Source: an uncultured Candidatus Micrarchaeota archaeon
GTDB lineage: Archaea; Micrarchaeota; Micrarchaeia; Anstonellales; J096
DNA length: 64,000 nucleotides
Assembly (NCBI GenBank): GCA_938083015.1
Contig: CALKCX010000008.1
Location: 11,196-75,195, forward strand
Direction of reading: 5' to 3'
The notes beneath the pieces were generated by a model, which ran no database searches, was not told where the DNA came from, and saw nothing but the letters and a program-made list of their open reading frames with translations. The position numbers were made by a program, and so were the translations under genes. Positions 27,294 through 37,314 of this stretch are shown here, piece after piece (positions within the stretch are counted from its first letter, which is position 1; each line of letters opens with the position of its first letter).

Positions 27294-28123
27294 AAGATAT
27301 CCCTACTTTTATATATAGAAAATTGGATGAAAATAACAAAGACGATCGAGAAAAAATAGGTATTATAATAAGACAGTTATATTATTTAAGTCAACGATAT
27401 CCAGAGAAATTTAATCCTAGTAGAAAACAATGGGAAGAATTAATTAAAAATGTGTTTAGAATGTCGAAAGTTCTAAGTTATTATTCTCATGAACCTTATG
27501 AGAGATATAAGAAGCTTGAAAAGATCTTAACTCTTCTTATATCAGAAGTTGTACACGCATCTAATCCTTCTTTTAGTCATGTTCAAGATAAACCTAATTT
27601 GATAATAAAAGTTTTAGATACGTATATAAGAATGTCTAAGATGATGGATAGTTTCAATATTAGATACGATCCGTCTAGAGTCTATAGATTTTTAGAATGG
27701 TTTGTCACTATTGGTAATTTAGCAGAAGGAAAAAAAGATTCTGAGATGATTGAAATACTTGGAAGTAGAAGAAGATTCTCTGAAGCTGAATTACTTATAA
27801 CTTATATGCATATTGGTAAACAGAGACACGAAATTATGATAGCGAGATCGATGTCAAATTATATAGCTTTGGTAAAAGATATAAAATACGAGAAATTATT
27901 CATGTACTCTAGTTTAGATCCAATAGGAGCTGTATTAATTGGATTAATAGCACATGAAAAGGGCATGTACATAAAAGATATTGACTCTTGGATATTAGAA
28001 AAGATAATGTCTTATGATTTTAGAAGAGATATTGTTGAAAATTTTGATATTAATCTTGATAAATTAAAAGAATTTTTAGATAAGATCGAACGTATTAGAA
28101 GTGCATCCAGAAATATATATTAA
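27290..28123 (+). CDS. Hypothetical protein (277 aa)
   Basis: ATGA overlap with the preceding stop (27290-27293). No motif recognised. Confidence 0.55.
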   Translation: MKDIPTFIYRKLDENNKDDREKIGIIIRQLYYLSQRYPEKFNPSRKQWEELIKNVFRMSKVLSYYSHEPYERYKKLEKILTLLISEVVHASNPSFSHVQDKPNLIIKVLDTYIRMSKMMDSFNIRYDPSRVYRFLEWFVTIGNLAEGKKDSEMIEILGSRRRFSEAELLITYMHIGKQRHEIMIARSMSNYIALVKDIKYEKLFMYSSLDPIGAVLIGLIAHEKGMYIKDIDSWILEKIMSYDFRRDIVENFDINLDKLKEFLDKIERIRSASRNIY

Positions 28124-28146
28124 AAAGCTTTAGCTATAAATAATTG

Positions 28147-29652
28147 ATGTTACTAATATTACTATTGATAGGGGCCTATGCATATCAATGTAATACGACT
28201 ATTGATGTTAACTTCCTTGCCATATCAGGTAGTATTGGTAAATTGGTACCATCTAAGATAGTATTGAATGGTGAAGGTCAGGATTTATTTTTAAAAATAA
28301 TGTATACGACTGATAGAGATACGCAAATATCTTTTTTAAATGCTTATAGATTATCATCGATAAACTGCAATGTATTCGCCGATATAAGTACAGATGTATC
28401 TGGTAGCTCAGGAGGATTGTTATTTTACATCGTATTAAAATACAAAACTAATTTAACTGGGGCCACAGGAGATGTAGATGGACTTGGCAATGTAAGACCA
28501 ATTTCAGGTCTTTATGAAAAGTTAAAAGCTGGACAAGAAGTATATCAAAATTTCGTCGTACCTATAGGTTCAATATACCAGTATTATGTCACTAAACTTT
28601 TTCCTTATAATATAACGTATGTTCAGCATGTTAATGAATTAACTTATAAAAATGGTAGAGTATACGGAACAATAGAGCCGACGAAATCGATATTTCAATT
28701 ACCTAAACTTCCTATTAGAGAATCTAAGTATAACAGCTCATTGCTTAGACCTGTTTATGAAGAATTGAGAGAATTCTATAAAAACATCGGCCCTATAAAG
28801 ATAGACGATCCAAGGATAGAAGAATATTATAACGAATATCTAAATATAGTTGATAAAATTGCTGAAATGGGATATTACTACACAGCATCTAATTATCTTT
28901 TTATTACATCTTCACATCGTAACGCTTTATATAGTATATCAAATAACATAGATCCTGAAAATTTAAAAGTCAAAGCTATGGAATGTTTAAGAAGTTTAGA
29001 TATAAAAGGTAATTCTGAAAATGATATAGCTGCATTAACTAGATACGAATGGGCGAAAGAGGCCCTTGGAAAAAACTATGGTGGATTGCATGAAGAGAAA
29101 TATGCAAGATATTACGATTATACTCAGGCCTATCTATGGTGTAAACTATCTAAACGTATATATGAAAACAAGATTTTAGAATATAATAATACTAAAGAAT
29201 TGATTATGGATTGGTTAAGTTTATCTATAAAAGATACTACTATAAATCCTTTAGATAATTCTAGATATAGAATAGCTATTTCTAAGATTATCGAGGATCC
29301 ATTGATAGCTTTATATAATTTGGCGTTTATCGTTAGAAAAGATACCACTCTAAGGAATGAATATAATTCAATATGGGCAAATATATACGCGTCTCAAGCA
29401 GATTATCTAATTCAAACTGAAGGGTTTTCCTCTGAGATAAGTCAATTAGCATCTTTATCTAATAATTTAGAGGAAATATTTAACAATAATCCAAGATTAA
29501 TAACAAATCTATCTAAATCAGAAATCAAATGGACAATTATAGCAATAGCAATAGTATTGACAATAATAGTATTTATTAGAATTCTAGATTTTATACTAAA
29601 GATCTTACTAATATTATTGCTTTTATTATTGTTATTACTATGGGTTTTGTAA
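28147..29652 (+). CDS. Exported, C-terminally anchored protein with Lon-protease (S16)-like domain
   Basis: Signal-like N-terminus MLLILLLIGAYAYQ. SGSSGGLLFYIV...ATGDVDGLGNVRPISGLYEKLKAG aligns with Lon GPSAG...TGEI.L.G.V.PIGG.KEK (Ser-Lys dyad). C-terminal TM with a poly-Leu tail. Confidence 0.65.
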   Translation: MLLILLLIGAYAYQCNTTIDVNFLAISGSIGKLVPSKIVLNGEGQDLFLKIMYTTDRDTQISFLNAYRLSSINCNVFADISTDVSGSSGGLLFYIVLKYKTNLTGATGDVDGLGNVRPISGLYEKLKAGQEVYQNFVVPIGSIYQYYVTKLFPYNITYVQHVNELTYKNGRVYGTIEPTKSIFQLPKLPIRESKYNSSLLRPVYEELREFYKNIGPIKIDDPRIEEYYNEYLNIVDKIAEMGYYYTASNYLFITSSHRNALYSISNNIDPENLKVKAMECLRSLDIKGNSENDIAALTRYEWAKEALGKNYGGLHEEKYARYYDYTQAYLWCKLSKRIYENKILEYNNTKELIMDWLSLSIKDTTINPLDNSRYRIAISKIIEDPLIALYNLAFIVRKDTTLRNEYNSIWANIYASQADYLIQTEGFSSEISQLASLSNNLEEIFNNNPRLITNLSKSEIKWTIIAIAIVLTIIVFIRILDFILKILLILLLLLLLLLWVL

Positions 29653-30398
29653 ATTATTATAAAGCTAGAAAAAGATATTACAGTATGTTGATATACATTA
29701 AAATCTATTCAGAAAAGAAGAATGTTGAAGAGCTAAATAATCTTAGCGAGGAGTTTCATAAACAAAAAGAATTAGTTATTGAAGACGAATTACCTTTGTT
29801 TGAAAGAATACTTGATATTGAAGATATGTTATTGAATTGTGATGAAGAACAGTTTAAAATACAATTTGAAAACAAATTAGGTGAATACTATCAAGCTTTG
29901 ATAGAGAGAGAAGAATTATATAAAAACATATTTGAAAAAACTCAAGTTATAAACATATTATATTCTATAGATCGGATAAGACCGATATTGATAAAGGGAA
30001 AACTTGATCAACCTTATGAAATAGAAAATCCAGATATATTGGAACCTTTACTAAATTACATAGGAATAAATGTTATTAGTAATGGTAATCAGTTAATTCC
30101 AGCTGAGCGTAATATGTATGAAATAATGATCAGTGCCCCCTATAAGTATTTAGTTAGATTAGATAAAAAAGAGTATGTTAAATCTATACTAGATGAGATA
30201 GATAGGGTACAATCGAAATTACAACTTGAAATAGCTTTAAGACAGATAGAAGATCCGGATAAAGATAGAGAAGAGGATTTTGTTAAAAACCAAGAATATT
30301 ATCTAGAACTTAGAAAGAAAATCGATAAATACGATTTAACATATCTAATTGAACAAGTTAGAACAGTTTTCAAACTTAACAGGGTTGATAACCAATAG
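29640..30398 (+). CDS. Hypothetical coiled-coil protein (252 aa)
   Basis: Glu/Lys-rich helical ORF that overlaps the upstream stop by 13 nt. Confidence 0.5.
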   Translation: MGFVNYYKARKRYYSMLIYIKIYSEKKNVEELNNLSEEFHKQKELVIEDELPLFERILDIEDMLLNCDEEQFKIQFENKLGEYYQALIEREELYKNIFEKTQVINILYSIDRIRPILIKGKLDQPYEIENPDILEPLLNYIGINVISNGNQLIPAERNMYEIMISAPYKYLVRLDKKEYVKSILDEIDRVQSKLQLEIALRQIEDPDKDREEDFVKNQEYYLELRKKIDKYDLTYLIEQVRTVFKLNRVDNQ

Positions 30399-30779
30399 TC
30401 TATTCTTAATATCCAATGTTCTCTTATCTTGAGAATCTATTTGAATTATATAATTGTCATTATCCAAATATATTTCCAATGTGCATAGTAGATTACTCGT
30501 ATTAATATTATTATAATAGCACCTATCTTTATCGTATACATAAACTTGTTTCACCATTTTTCCATAATTAAGACCGATCTGAGTAAGTAAATCGACTCCA
30601 CATTGATAGATCTTAATTGGATCATCATTTATTACATAAATTAAAATTAGATTTTTCTTATTCACAATATTTGATAGAGAATCTAATACAGAAACGTCTT
30701 TATTAATATCGTAGATATTCCAAAATAAATATATGAATGGTATGAGCAAGCTAATTATTATTTTCCACATATCTTTCAA
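30345..30779 (-). CDS. Small N-terminally anchored Cys-containing protein (144 aa)
   Basis: N-terminal TM. It shares an I-Y-[IV]-I-N-x-x-P-x(3,4)-Q-C-G motif with the upstream 646-aa protein. Confidence 0.55.
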   Translation of the reverse strand: MKDMWKIIISLLIPFIYLFWNIYDINKDVSVLDSLSNIVNKKNLILIYVINDDPIKIYQCGVDLLTQIGLNYGKMVKQVYVYDKDRCYYNNINTSNLLCTLEIYLDNDNYIIQIDSQDKRTLDIKNRLLVINPVKFENCSNLFN

Positions 30780-32691
30780 GATCGCTTATTATGTATTTGC
30801 ATCTGTCCATATCGTTTAAATTTATATATACTTGAATCTGATTAATCGGATGCCCTAATATTATAATACTAGACTTATCCGTAGTAGTTCTTAATATTAA
30901 ACTATTAGCTTCTATCTGTTTACAATCAATCTCTAAATCTCTAGAAGTACATTTGTCGTTGTGTTTAATAAAATAGCTCATGTTTTTTACACAATCCTTT
31001 AATCTTTCTTCTTCAATAATTATAGATCCATTCATAGATTTGATCTCATTGTACATCTTGTATATGTTAATATTAGTTGGAATTAGAGAATAGTAAGCGT
31101 AAATTAGATTTGCTAGGACTAATATTATGTATAGAGAAAACACGTATCTTAATAGCTTTGCTTCGGTCAATACCGTTTTTATTATGTATATAAGAATGAA
31201 TATTAAAGATGATAATAGCAATGCTGTAGATATAGAAAGTACTACTCTTAACAAATCTGGACTAAGATTTACATATCTTGATATGTTTAAGTATACCCAG
31301 TATATGTTTACAAAATACCTTGGTTCAACATCGTCTTTTTTATATCTATTATTTATAAGATCAGTCAAATCTATCGTTTTATTTATTATAATATCTAAAT
31401 TATCGCCTAAAATAGGAGGCGTATATAATTTTATAGTATCATAATACCTTCTCGATATATCTTCATCGTTGGGGTTAATAGTAATATAGACAAAATACTT
31501 GCCTTTTAGCATATCTTCCATTTCTTTTAATTCTAATAATAATTTATTAGCATGTTCGATATTATCTAATAGTCTCTTTTCATAGAATTTGGCCTTATCA
31601 AGATAATAATCAAAATCGGTAACATTTCTATTATCCATCTTATTTTTTAATAGATTAATAGTTTCTCTATAATCTTGATAGTATTTAGTTAGATTTGAAA
31701 ATACTATATTGGCAATTACCTTATTGTATTTATTTGTAACATCATCAACTTTCTCCATTAATAATCTATAGCGAGGAAAAACGTCTTTTATCTTAAGATT
31801 CGTTTCATATATTTCTAATCTTACAGGTGTGTTTAATTGTATACTTTCAATTATATTATTCATATTCAATAATAAATCGGGTTCCATATCTTTGGTCTTA
31901 TTTAAAGCTTGATAAAGCTCAGAAGTATTATGAATTATAGGGAAACATATGTTATAACAGTCTGAACAAGTTCTACTAGTAGCAATTCTAAATCTAGTAT
32001 TCATCATTCTATCTGAAAGGTTTATCAATAATCTTATATCGGATTTTATACTGTTTAGCTCTTCTCTATATCTTGCTAGATCGATATTATCTGATAGTTT
32101 TTTAATAAGTCTTTCTATTATTGGGTCGATATTATAACTTGCATTCATAAAGTCGATTACCTGTGGTTTTACTTCATTAAACAGTCTTGCATCACAATCT
32201 AATGCATTTGGTCTACATATATAATAGGTAAGGCAATGATAATAATCATTCTGACATAATCCGACTTTAGGGATAAGTCCATCTCCAAGAGCTAATCTAC
32301 ATGCAAATTCTTCTACTTTGCCTAGATATTTGTATTTTGGATTAGTTTCATCGTATCTAGATATGTTATAAATCAATATTCGATTTATCAATTCAGTTCT
32401 TTTATCTTTAAGACTATTAAATTCATCTTGTGCCATCTTGGTTATTATATTACTAATAGTTTTATTATCCGTAATTACTTCATTACCACACTGTAAAAGA
32501 GAAGGTATATTGTTAATATACCATATTCTGCATTGTTTTCCATCGACTTGTTTTATTAGATCTTTTATACTAGTATTCTGTTCATTTGGAAGAAGATAAT
32601 CTCTTATACTTCCCCCTAATCCATATGATAATATTAGCGTTATTAATATTAGAAGCATAATTAAAAATTTATATAAAGATTTAAAAATCAT
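30751..32691 (-). CDS. Large Cys-rich, sequon-rich surface/membrane protein (646 aa)
   Basis: N-terminal TM, a long helical ectodomain with many Cys and many NxS/T sites, two TM helices near residues 500-560, and a Cys-containing C-terminal tail. The start is moved to ATG 32691 to avoid overlap with psmA. Confidence 0.6.
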   Translation of the reverse strand: MIFKSLYKFLIMLLILITLILSYGLGGSIRDYLLPNEQNTSIKDLIKQVDGKQCRIWYINNIPSLLQCGNEVITDNKTISNIITKMAQDEFNSLKDKRTELINRILIYNISRYDETNPKYKYLGKVEEFACRLALGDGLIPKVGLCQNDYYHCLTYYICRPNALDCDARLFNEVKPQVIDFMNASYNIDPIIERLIKKLSDNIDLARYREELNSIKSDIRLLINLSDRMMNTRFRIATSRTCSDCYNICFPIIHNTSELYQALNKTKDMEPDLLLNMNNIIESIQLNTPVRLEIYETNLKIKDVFPRYRLLMEKVDDVTNKYNKVIANIVFSNLTKYYQDYRETINLLKNKMDNRNVTDFDYYLDKAKFYEKRLLDNIEHANKLLLELKEMEDMLKGKYFVYITINPNDEDISRRYYDTIKLYTPPILGDNLDIIINKTIDLTDLINNRYKKDDVEPRYFVNIYWVYLNISRYVNLSPDLLRVVLSISTALLLSSLIFILIYIIKTVLTEAKLLRYVFSLYIILVLANLIYAYYSLIPTNINIYKMYNEIKSMNGSIIIEEERLKDCVKNMSYFIKHNDKCTSRDLEIDCKQIEANSLILRTTTDKSSIIILGHPINQIQVYINLNDMDRCKYIISDLERYVENNN

Positions 32692-32709
32692 TCTATCTAT
32701 TAGATTATC

Positions 32710-33399
32710 ATGTATCCTAATACTCCACAACAAGCTTATGATAGGGCAATTACAGTTTTTAGTCCAGACGGTAGATTATTTCAAGTTGAATATGCAAGAG
32801 AAGCTGTTAGAAGAGGCTCACCTAGTGTAGGTGCAGTTTGTAAACAAGGTATTGTAATAGTAGCTGCTAAGAAAATAGAAAACAATTTAGTTGTTAAAGA
32901 TACTATACGTAAAATAGAGGTAATAAATGATAGATTGTTTTTAGCGACAGCAGGACTAGTAGCAGATACAAAGAGAGTATTAGATTATGTAAAAGATCTA
33001 TCAATAAGCTATAGAAATATGTTTAATGAAGATTCTTCACCTATATATATGGTAAAACAACTTTCTAATCTATTCCAAAGCTATACACAATATGGCGGAG
33101 TAAGACCATTTGGTATATCTATTCTTGTAGCTGGTTATCAAGATGATTCACCAGTATTATACGAAATAGATCCTTCTGGTGCTTATACTGGTTATTATGC
33201 AGTAGTCATTGGGGGAAAGAAGAAGGAAATTGAAGGTCAAATCGCCCCTAAATACGATTACAAGATGCCGATATCTAAATTAGAAGATCTTATAATATCT
33301 TCTATAAGATCAGTTGGTGATAAAGACGAATATAACTATCTCGAAGTTCTAATAAGTAAAGGCGGAAAACTTAGCTATGAATTAAAAGAACTAAAATGA
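32710..33399 (+). CDS. psmA: Proteasome alpha subunit
   Basis: YDRAITVFSPDGRLFQVEYAREAV signature. Confidence 0.93.
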   Translation: MYPNTPQQAYDRAITVFSPDGRLFQVEYAREAVRRGSPSVGAVCKQGIVIVAAKKIENNLVVKDTIRKIEVINDRLFLATAGLVADTKRVLDYVKDLSISYRNMFNEDSSPIYMVKQLSNLFQSYTQYGGVRPFGISILVAGYQDDSPVLYEIDPSGAYTGYYAVVIGGKKKEIEGQIAPKYDYKMPISKLEDLIISSIRSVGDKDEYNYLEVLISKGGKLSYELKELK

Positions 33400-34379
33400 T
33401 CTTCTCTCCAGATATAGGTAGATTTGAAAGACATCTATCAATATCTGTATTTTCACATACGTTAAATTATTCTGACGGACTATTTGAAGGTATGAGTTTA
33501 GTAATCAAAGATAGGGTGTCTTTATTTCATCCTGAATTGAATTATGAGAGAATGCAATATGGTGCAGAAGTGTTAAATTATGATTACAAAATAGATACTA
33601 TTAAGGCAATTAATACAGTATTTTATCTATATTTAATGAATAACATAAATAGTAAGAGAGTATACGTAAGACCATTACTTTACATGGATAATAATTCTGT
33701 TAGTCTTAGAGCCAGAGAAGAATATAAGTTAATGCATTACCTAATGCCTATGGGAGAATATATTGAAAAAGACGGTCTAAAGGTGATCACATCTAATATA
33801 ACAAGAGAATTACCATTTGCTAGATTAAAAGTCGTTAGTAATTATCAATTATCTAAATACGCTTTAAGGACTATGCCTAAAGGTTTTGATGAAGTAGTCT
33901 TTCTAGATAGAAATGGTAAAATAATAGAAGGATCAGGAGAGAATATTGTGTTTATAAAAGACAATACATTATATACGGATAGACAAAATTCTCTTCCAGG
34001 TATAACTTTGAGATTTGTAATTGCAATAGCTAAACAATTAGGGGTTGATGTAAAATACGATTCGTTTAGACCGGATGAACTTGACGATGTTATGATGTTC
34101 ATGACTGGTAATGCAATAGGAGTAAAAGCTGTTAGCGAGGTATATCACAATGGTAAATCTTATGTAATAGATGGTGATAGAGATATTTTCAACAAAATTA
34201 AGACAGAATATGAAAAGATATTTTACGGACAAGACGAACAATACCATATGTTCTTAGATGAATTTATTGATATAGATAAATATAGACAGGGAAAGATTGA
34301 TTTAAACAATAAACCAGAAAGGTATGAGAAAGTTGTAAAAGAGAATTTAGAATATCTAGGTATTAAAAGATTTAGGTAG
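33396..34379 (+). CDS. Class IV (branched-chain/D-amino acid) aminotransferase-like protein
   Basis: LNYSDGLFEGM, LKVVSNYQLSKYAL (PLP Lys region) and EGSGENIVFIKDNTLYT. Confidence 0.7.
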   Translation: MIFSPDIGRFERHLSISVFSHTLNYSDGLFEGMSLVIKDRVSLFHPELNYERMQYGAEVLNYDYKIDTIKAINTVFYLYLMNNINSKRVYVRPLLYMDNNSVSLRAREEYKLMHYLMPMGEYIEKDGLKVITSNITRELPFARLKVVSNYQLSKYALRTMPKGFDEVVFLDRNGKIIEGSGENIVFIKDNTLYTDRQNSLPGITLRFVIAIAKQLGVDVKYDSFRPDELDDVMMFMTGNAIGVKAVSEVYHNGKSYVIDGDRDIFNKIKTEYEKIFYGQDEQYHMFLDEFIDIDKYRQGKIDLNNKPERYEKVVKENLEYLGIKRFR

Positions 34380-34745
34380 ATATTTTTTTAGATTGTCCCA
34401 TTGTTTACCTCTCCAATAGTATCTATGACATTTAGGACAATAATATTTATTCGATATTTTATCTAATTTTACATTACATAGATAACAATATGGGTTGTCT
34501 ATATCTAATTTTATTCCTAAACTAACTAATTTTTCAATAATCTTTCTTAGATCTTTTTCTTCAACATATATTGAATTTGACCATCTAATACTAAGCTCAC
34601 GATCAGAAGTTATTAAAATATCATCTTTGTTTAGCATTTTCAATATCTGATTATCGTCTAAACTTGGATTTAAATATATGCAGCTAACTCCAAATACTCT
34701 TAAAATTCTAGCTAATTTGCCATGCATAGAATCTATGTATATCAT
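34356..34745 (-). CDS. Mut7-C (DUF82) PIN-like RNase with C-terminal zinc ribbon
   Basis: MHGKLARILRVFG... and CYLCNVKL...CPKCHRYYWRGKQW. Confidence 0.7.
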   Translation of the reverse strand: MIYIDSMHGKLARILRVFGVSCIYLNPSLDDNQILKMLNKDDILITSDRELSIRWSNSIYVEEKDLRKIIEKLVSLGIKLDIDNPYCYLCNVKLDKISNKYYCPKCHRYYWRGKQWDNLKKYLPKSFNT

Positions 34746-35449
34746 TTGAATAATTTAGAATATACTTCCATTATACTTAGTTGATCTCTATAAAATTCAT
34801 AATCTTTTACTCGTCCAATATCAGTCCAATATTCATCAGATACATAATGACCTATTTTTTTACCATCTTTTAGTAATTTTGGAAAAACATCTTTTGCAAA
34901 ATCATCTCCTATTTTTATATAATTGAATATCTCTTTGTTTAATACATAAATGCCGGTGTTTATATAATATTGGTATGTAGGTTTTTCATCAAATCCAACT
35001 ATGAATTCTTGTTCTACCTTTGCTACTCCGTATTCTATGATTACATTATAAGGTTTTAAAGCAATAGTAGCTATTACATTACTCTTAATATGTTTATTAT
35101 ACATATCCATAACGTCTATCGTAGTAATATGATCCCCCATTAATACTATGAAATTCTCTTCTAATACATTTTTCATTTTTAATAAACATCCAGCTGTTCC
35201 TTCTAGCTCTTTTTCTCTATAATATTCTATTTTTATCCCGTTCCATTCTGATCCTAAATAATCTTCTATCATATGACCAAGATGACCTATAGCTATAATT
35301 ACTTTATCTAAACCTGCTCTTTTAACATTTCCTAGCACATATTCAATTAATGTTTTACTTCCCAATCTTACCAATGGTTTAGGTAGATTCTCTGTATAAG
35401 GTCTTAATCTTGTACCTTTGCCTCCTGCTAAGATTATAACTTTATGCAT
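34742..35449 (-). CDS. Sugar-1-phosphate nucleotidylyltransferase
   Basis: ILAGGKGTRLRPYTENLPKPLV signature. Confidence 0.8.
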   Translation of the reverse strand: MHKVIILAGGKGTRLRPYTENLPKPLVRLGSKTLIEYVLGNVKRAGLDKVIIAIGHLGHMIEDYLGSEWNGIKIEYYREKELEGTAGCLLKMKNVLEENFIVLMGDHITTIDVMDMYNKHIKSNVIATIALKPYNVIIEYGVAKVEQEFIVGFDEKPTYQYYINTGIYVLNKEIFNYIKIGDDFAKDVFPKLLKDGKKIGHYVSDEYWTDIGRVKDYEFYRDQLSIMEVYSKLFK

Positions 35450-35498
35450 AGATAAATTATAAGATAGTTTTTTAAAAATAGATTAAAAGTATATTGAC

Positions 35499-36227
35499 AT
35501 GATAATACAAAATGTTAAAGTCACAGTTGATCAAAAGACAATATTGGATGGACTTAATATGTCTATAGAAGATATTGATGTAATCATGGGCCCAAATGGG
35601 TCTGGAAAAAGTACATTGAGTAAAGCTATAATCGGCGATCCAATTTATCAAGTAGAAGGTCAAATAATAATTAATGGAGAAAACATATTAGAATACAAGA
35701 TGAATGAGAGAGTTAATAAATTTGGAATATTTTTATCTTTTCAATCCCCTCCATATCTTGAAGGTATATCTTTAAGACAGTTACTTAAAAAAATATATTA
35801 TAGACGTATGGGGTACCAAGAAAGAGATCTTAGTAAGATTAAAGAATTCAATGAAGAATTAGATAAATGGTTATCTGTTTTAGGAATAAATAGAGAGTTT
35901 GTTGATAGAGAAGTAAATAAAGATCTATCTGGAGGAGAGAAGAAGAAAAGTGAGACATTGCAGCTTCTTATGTTTAGGCCCAGAATATTAATATTGGATG
36001 AAATCGATTCAGGATTAGATATAGATTCTTTAAGACGTATTACAGAAGCTATAAATATCTATTATAATTTGCATAAACCTAAGATATTGATTATAACTCA
36101 TTATAATAGAATACTTAAATACATAATACCTAAAAGAGTGCATATAATGAAGAATGGTAGAATTGTAAAAACTTCGGGTCCAGAATTGATAGAAGAAGTT
36201 GAAACCTATGGATACGATCATTTCTGA
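35499..36227 (+). CDS. sufC: Fe-S cluster assembly ATPase SufC
   Basis: GPNGSGKSTL, LSGGEKKKSETLQL and ILILDEIDSGLD. Confidence 0.88.
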   Translation: MIIQNVKVTVDQKTILDGLNMSIEDIDVIMGPNGSGKSTLSKAIIGDPIYQVEGQIIINGENILEYKMNERVNKFGIFLSFQSPPYLEGISLRQLLKKIYYRRMGYQERDLSKIKEFNEELDKWLSVLGINREFVDREVNKDLSGGEKKKSETLQLLMFRPRILILDEIDSGLDIDSLRRITEAINIYYNLHKPKILIITHYNRILKYIIPKRVHIMKNGRIVKTSGPELIEEVETYGYDHF

Positions 36228-37314
36228 TTTCCCCATATTTTATAAATACCCGGATTTAATCTATTTAGATAATGCGGCAACTACTCAAAAACCAAAACAG
36301 GTAATAGAAGCTTTAGAAGAATTTTACTATAATTATAATTCGAATATACATCGCGGAGTTTATAGATTAAGTGAAATAGCTACTGAAGTATATGAAAAGG
36401 CCAGAGAGAGGGTAGCTCAATACATACATGCTGATCCAGATCAAATAGTATTTGTAAAGAATGCTACAGAGGCCTTGAATATAGCTATATATAATCTTAG
36501 AGATCGATTTATTCATACTTCTTATTATGAACATCACAGTATGTTATTGCCCATATATAGATACGCTAAAGGTTATAAATTGTGTGAAAACATAGAAGAT
36601 ATAAAAGCAGATACTATAGCTATTACTCATGCTAGTAATGTTACTGGTAAAATATACGATGTTAAATTAGTAAGAGAAAACAATATAAAAGCTACAATAA
36701 TAGTAGATGGGGCCCAGTATGTTCCACATTACAAACCAGATATGAAAAAAATGGATGTTGATATGTATGCCTTTTCTTCTCATAAGATGCTTGGTCCTAC
36801 TGGATTAGGCGTATTGTATATCAAAGATCCCTATAGATATGAACCTTTGTTATTAGGTGGGGGAATTGTTAGTAATGTTACCGATAGTATGTATAGACTA
36901 TTGGATAATATTGAAAGGTATGAAGCAGGAACACCGCCTATAGCTGAAGCATATGCATTTACAGTAGCATTATCTTATTTAGAATCAAAACTAGACGTAT
37001 TACATAGATTAGATCAAGAGATTATAAGAAAATCTACATCTCTATTTGAAGAATACGATATTAGACCTATAAATACAGATCAAGATATACCTATATTTTC
37101 GTTTTATTTTAAAAATATACATGCACATGATGTTGCAGAGATGTTAGATAATTATAACATATGCGTTAGATCTGGGTATCATTGTGCTCAGCCTTTACAC
37201 GAATACTTAAATATCGGACCTACTGTAAGAGCTAGTTTTTATATTTATAATAACATATATCAATTAGAAAAATTAGTAAAGACTTTAAAACAAATAGTTA
37301 AGATATTTAAATGA
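36199..37314 (+). CDS. sufS: Cysteine desulfurase (SufS/class V aminotransferase)
   Basis: YLDNAATTQKP, SSHKMLGPTG (PLP Lys) and RSGYHCAQP (catalytic Cys). Confidence 0.88.
   Translation: MKPMDTIISDFPIFYKYPDLIYLDNAATTQKPKQVIEALEEFYYNYNSNIHRGVYRLSEIATEVYEKARERVAQYIHADPDQIVFVKNATEALNIAIYNLRDRFIHTSYYEHHSMLLPIYRYAKGYKLCENIEDIKADTIAITHASNVTGKIYDVKLVRENNIKATIIVDGAQYVPHYKPDMKKMDVDMYAFSSHKMLGPTGLGVLYIKDPYRYEPLLLGGGIVSNVTDSMYRLLDNIERYEAGTPPIAEAYAFTVALSYLESKLDVLHRLDQEIIRKSTSLFEEYDIRPINTDQDIPIFSFYFKNIHAHDVAEMLDNYNICVRSGYHCAQPLHEYLNIGPTVRASFYIYNNIYQLEKLVKTLKQIVKIFK

Noticed and set aside
17750-29652. Idea that the protease-less LonB ATPase (17750-19207) and the S16-like protein (28147-29652) form a split Lon protease.
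   Set aside because: The S16-like protein has a signal-like N-terminus and a C-terminal anchor, so it is predicted to be extracellular. The ATPase has no TM segment. The genes are 9 kb apart on opposite strands, so a physical partnership is unlikely.
29590-29652. Repetitive TTATTA/TTGCTT-type sequence at the end of the S16-like gene.
   Set aside because: It encodes the poly-Leu membrane tail (LLILLLLLLLLLWVL). This is low-complexity coding sequence rather than a tandem-repeat element or a CRISPR-like repeat.
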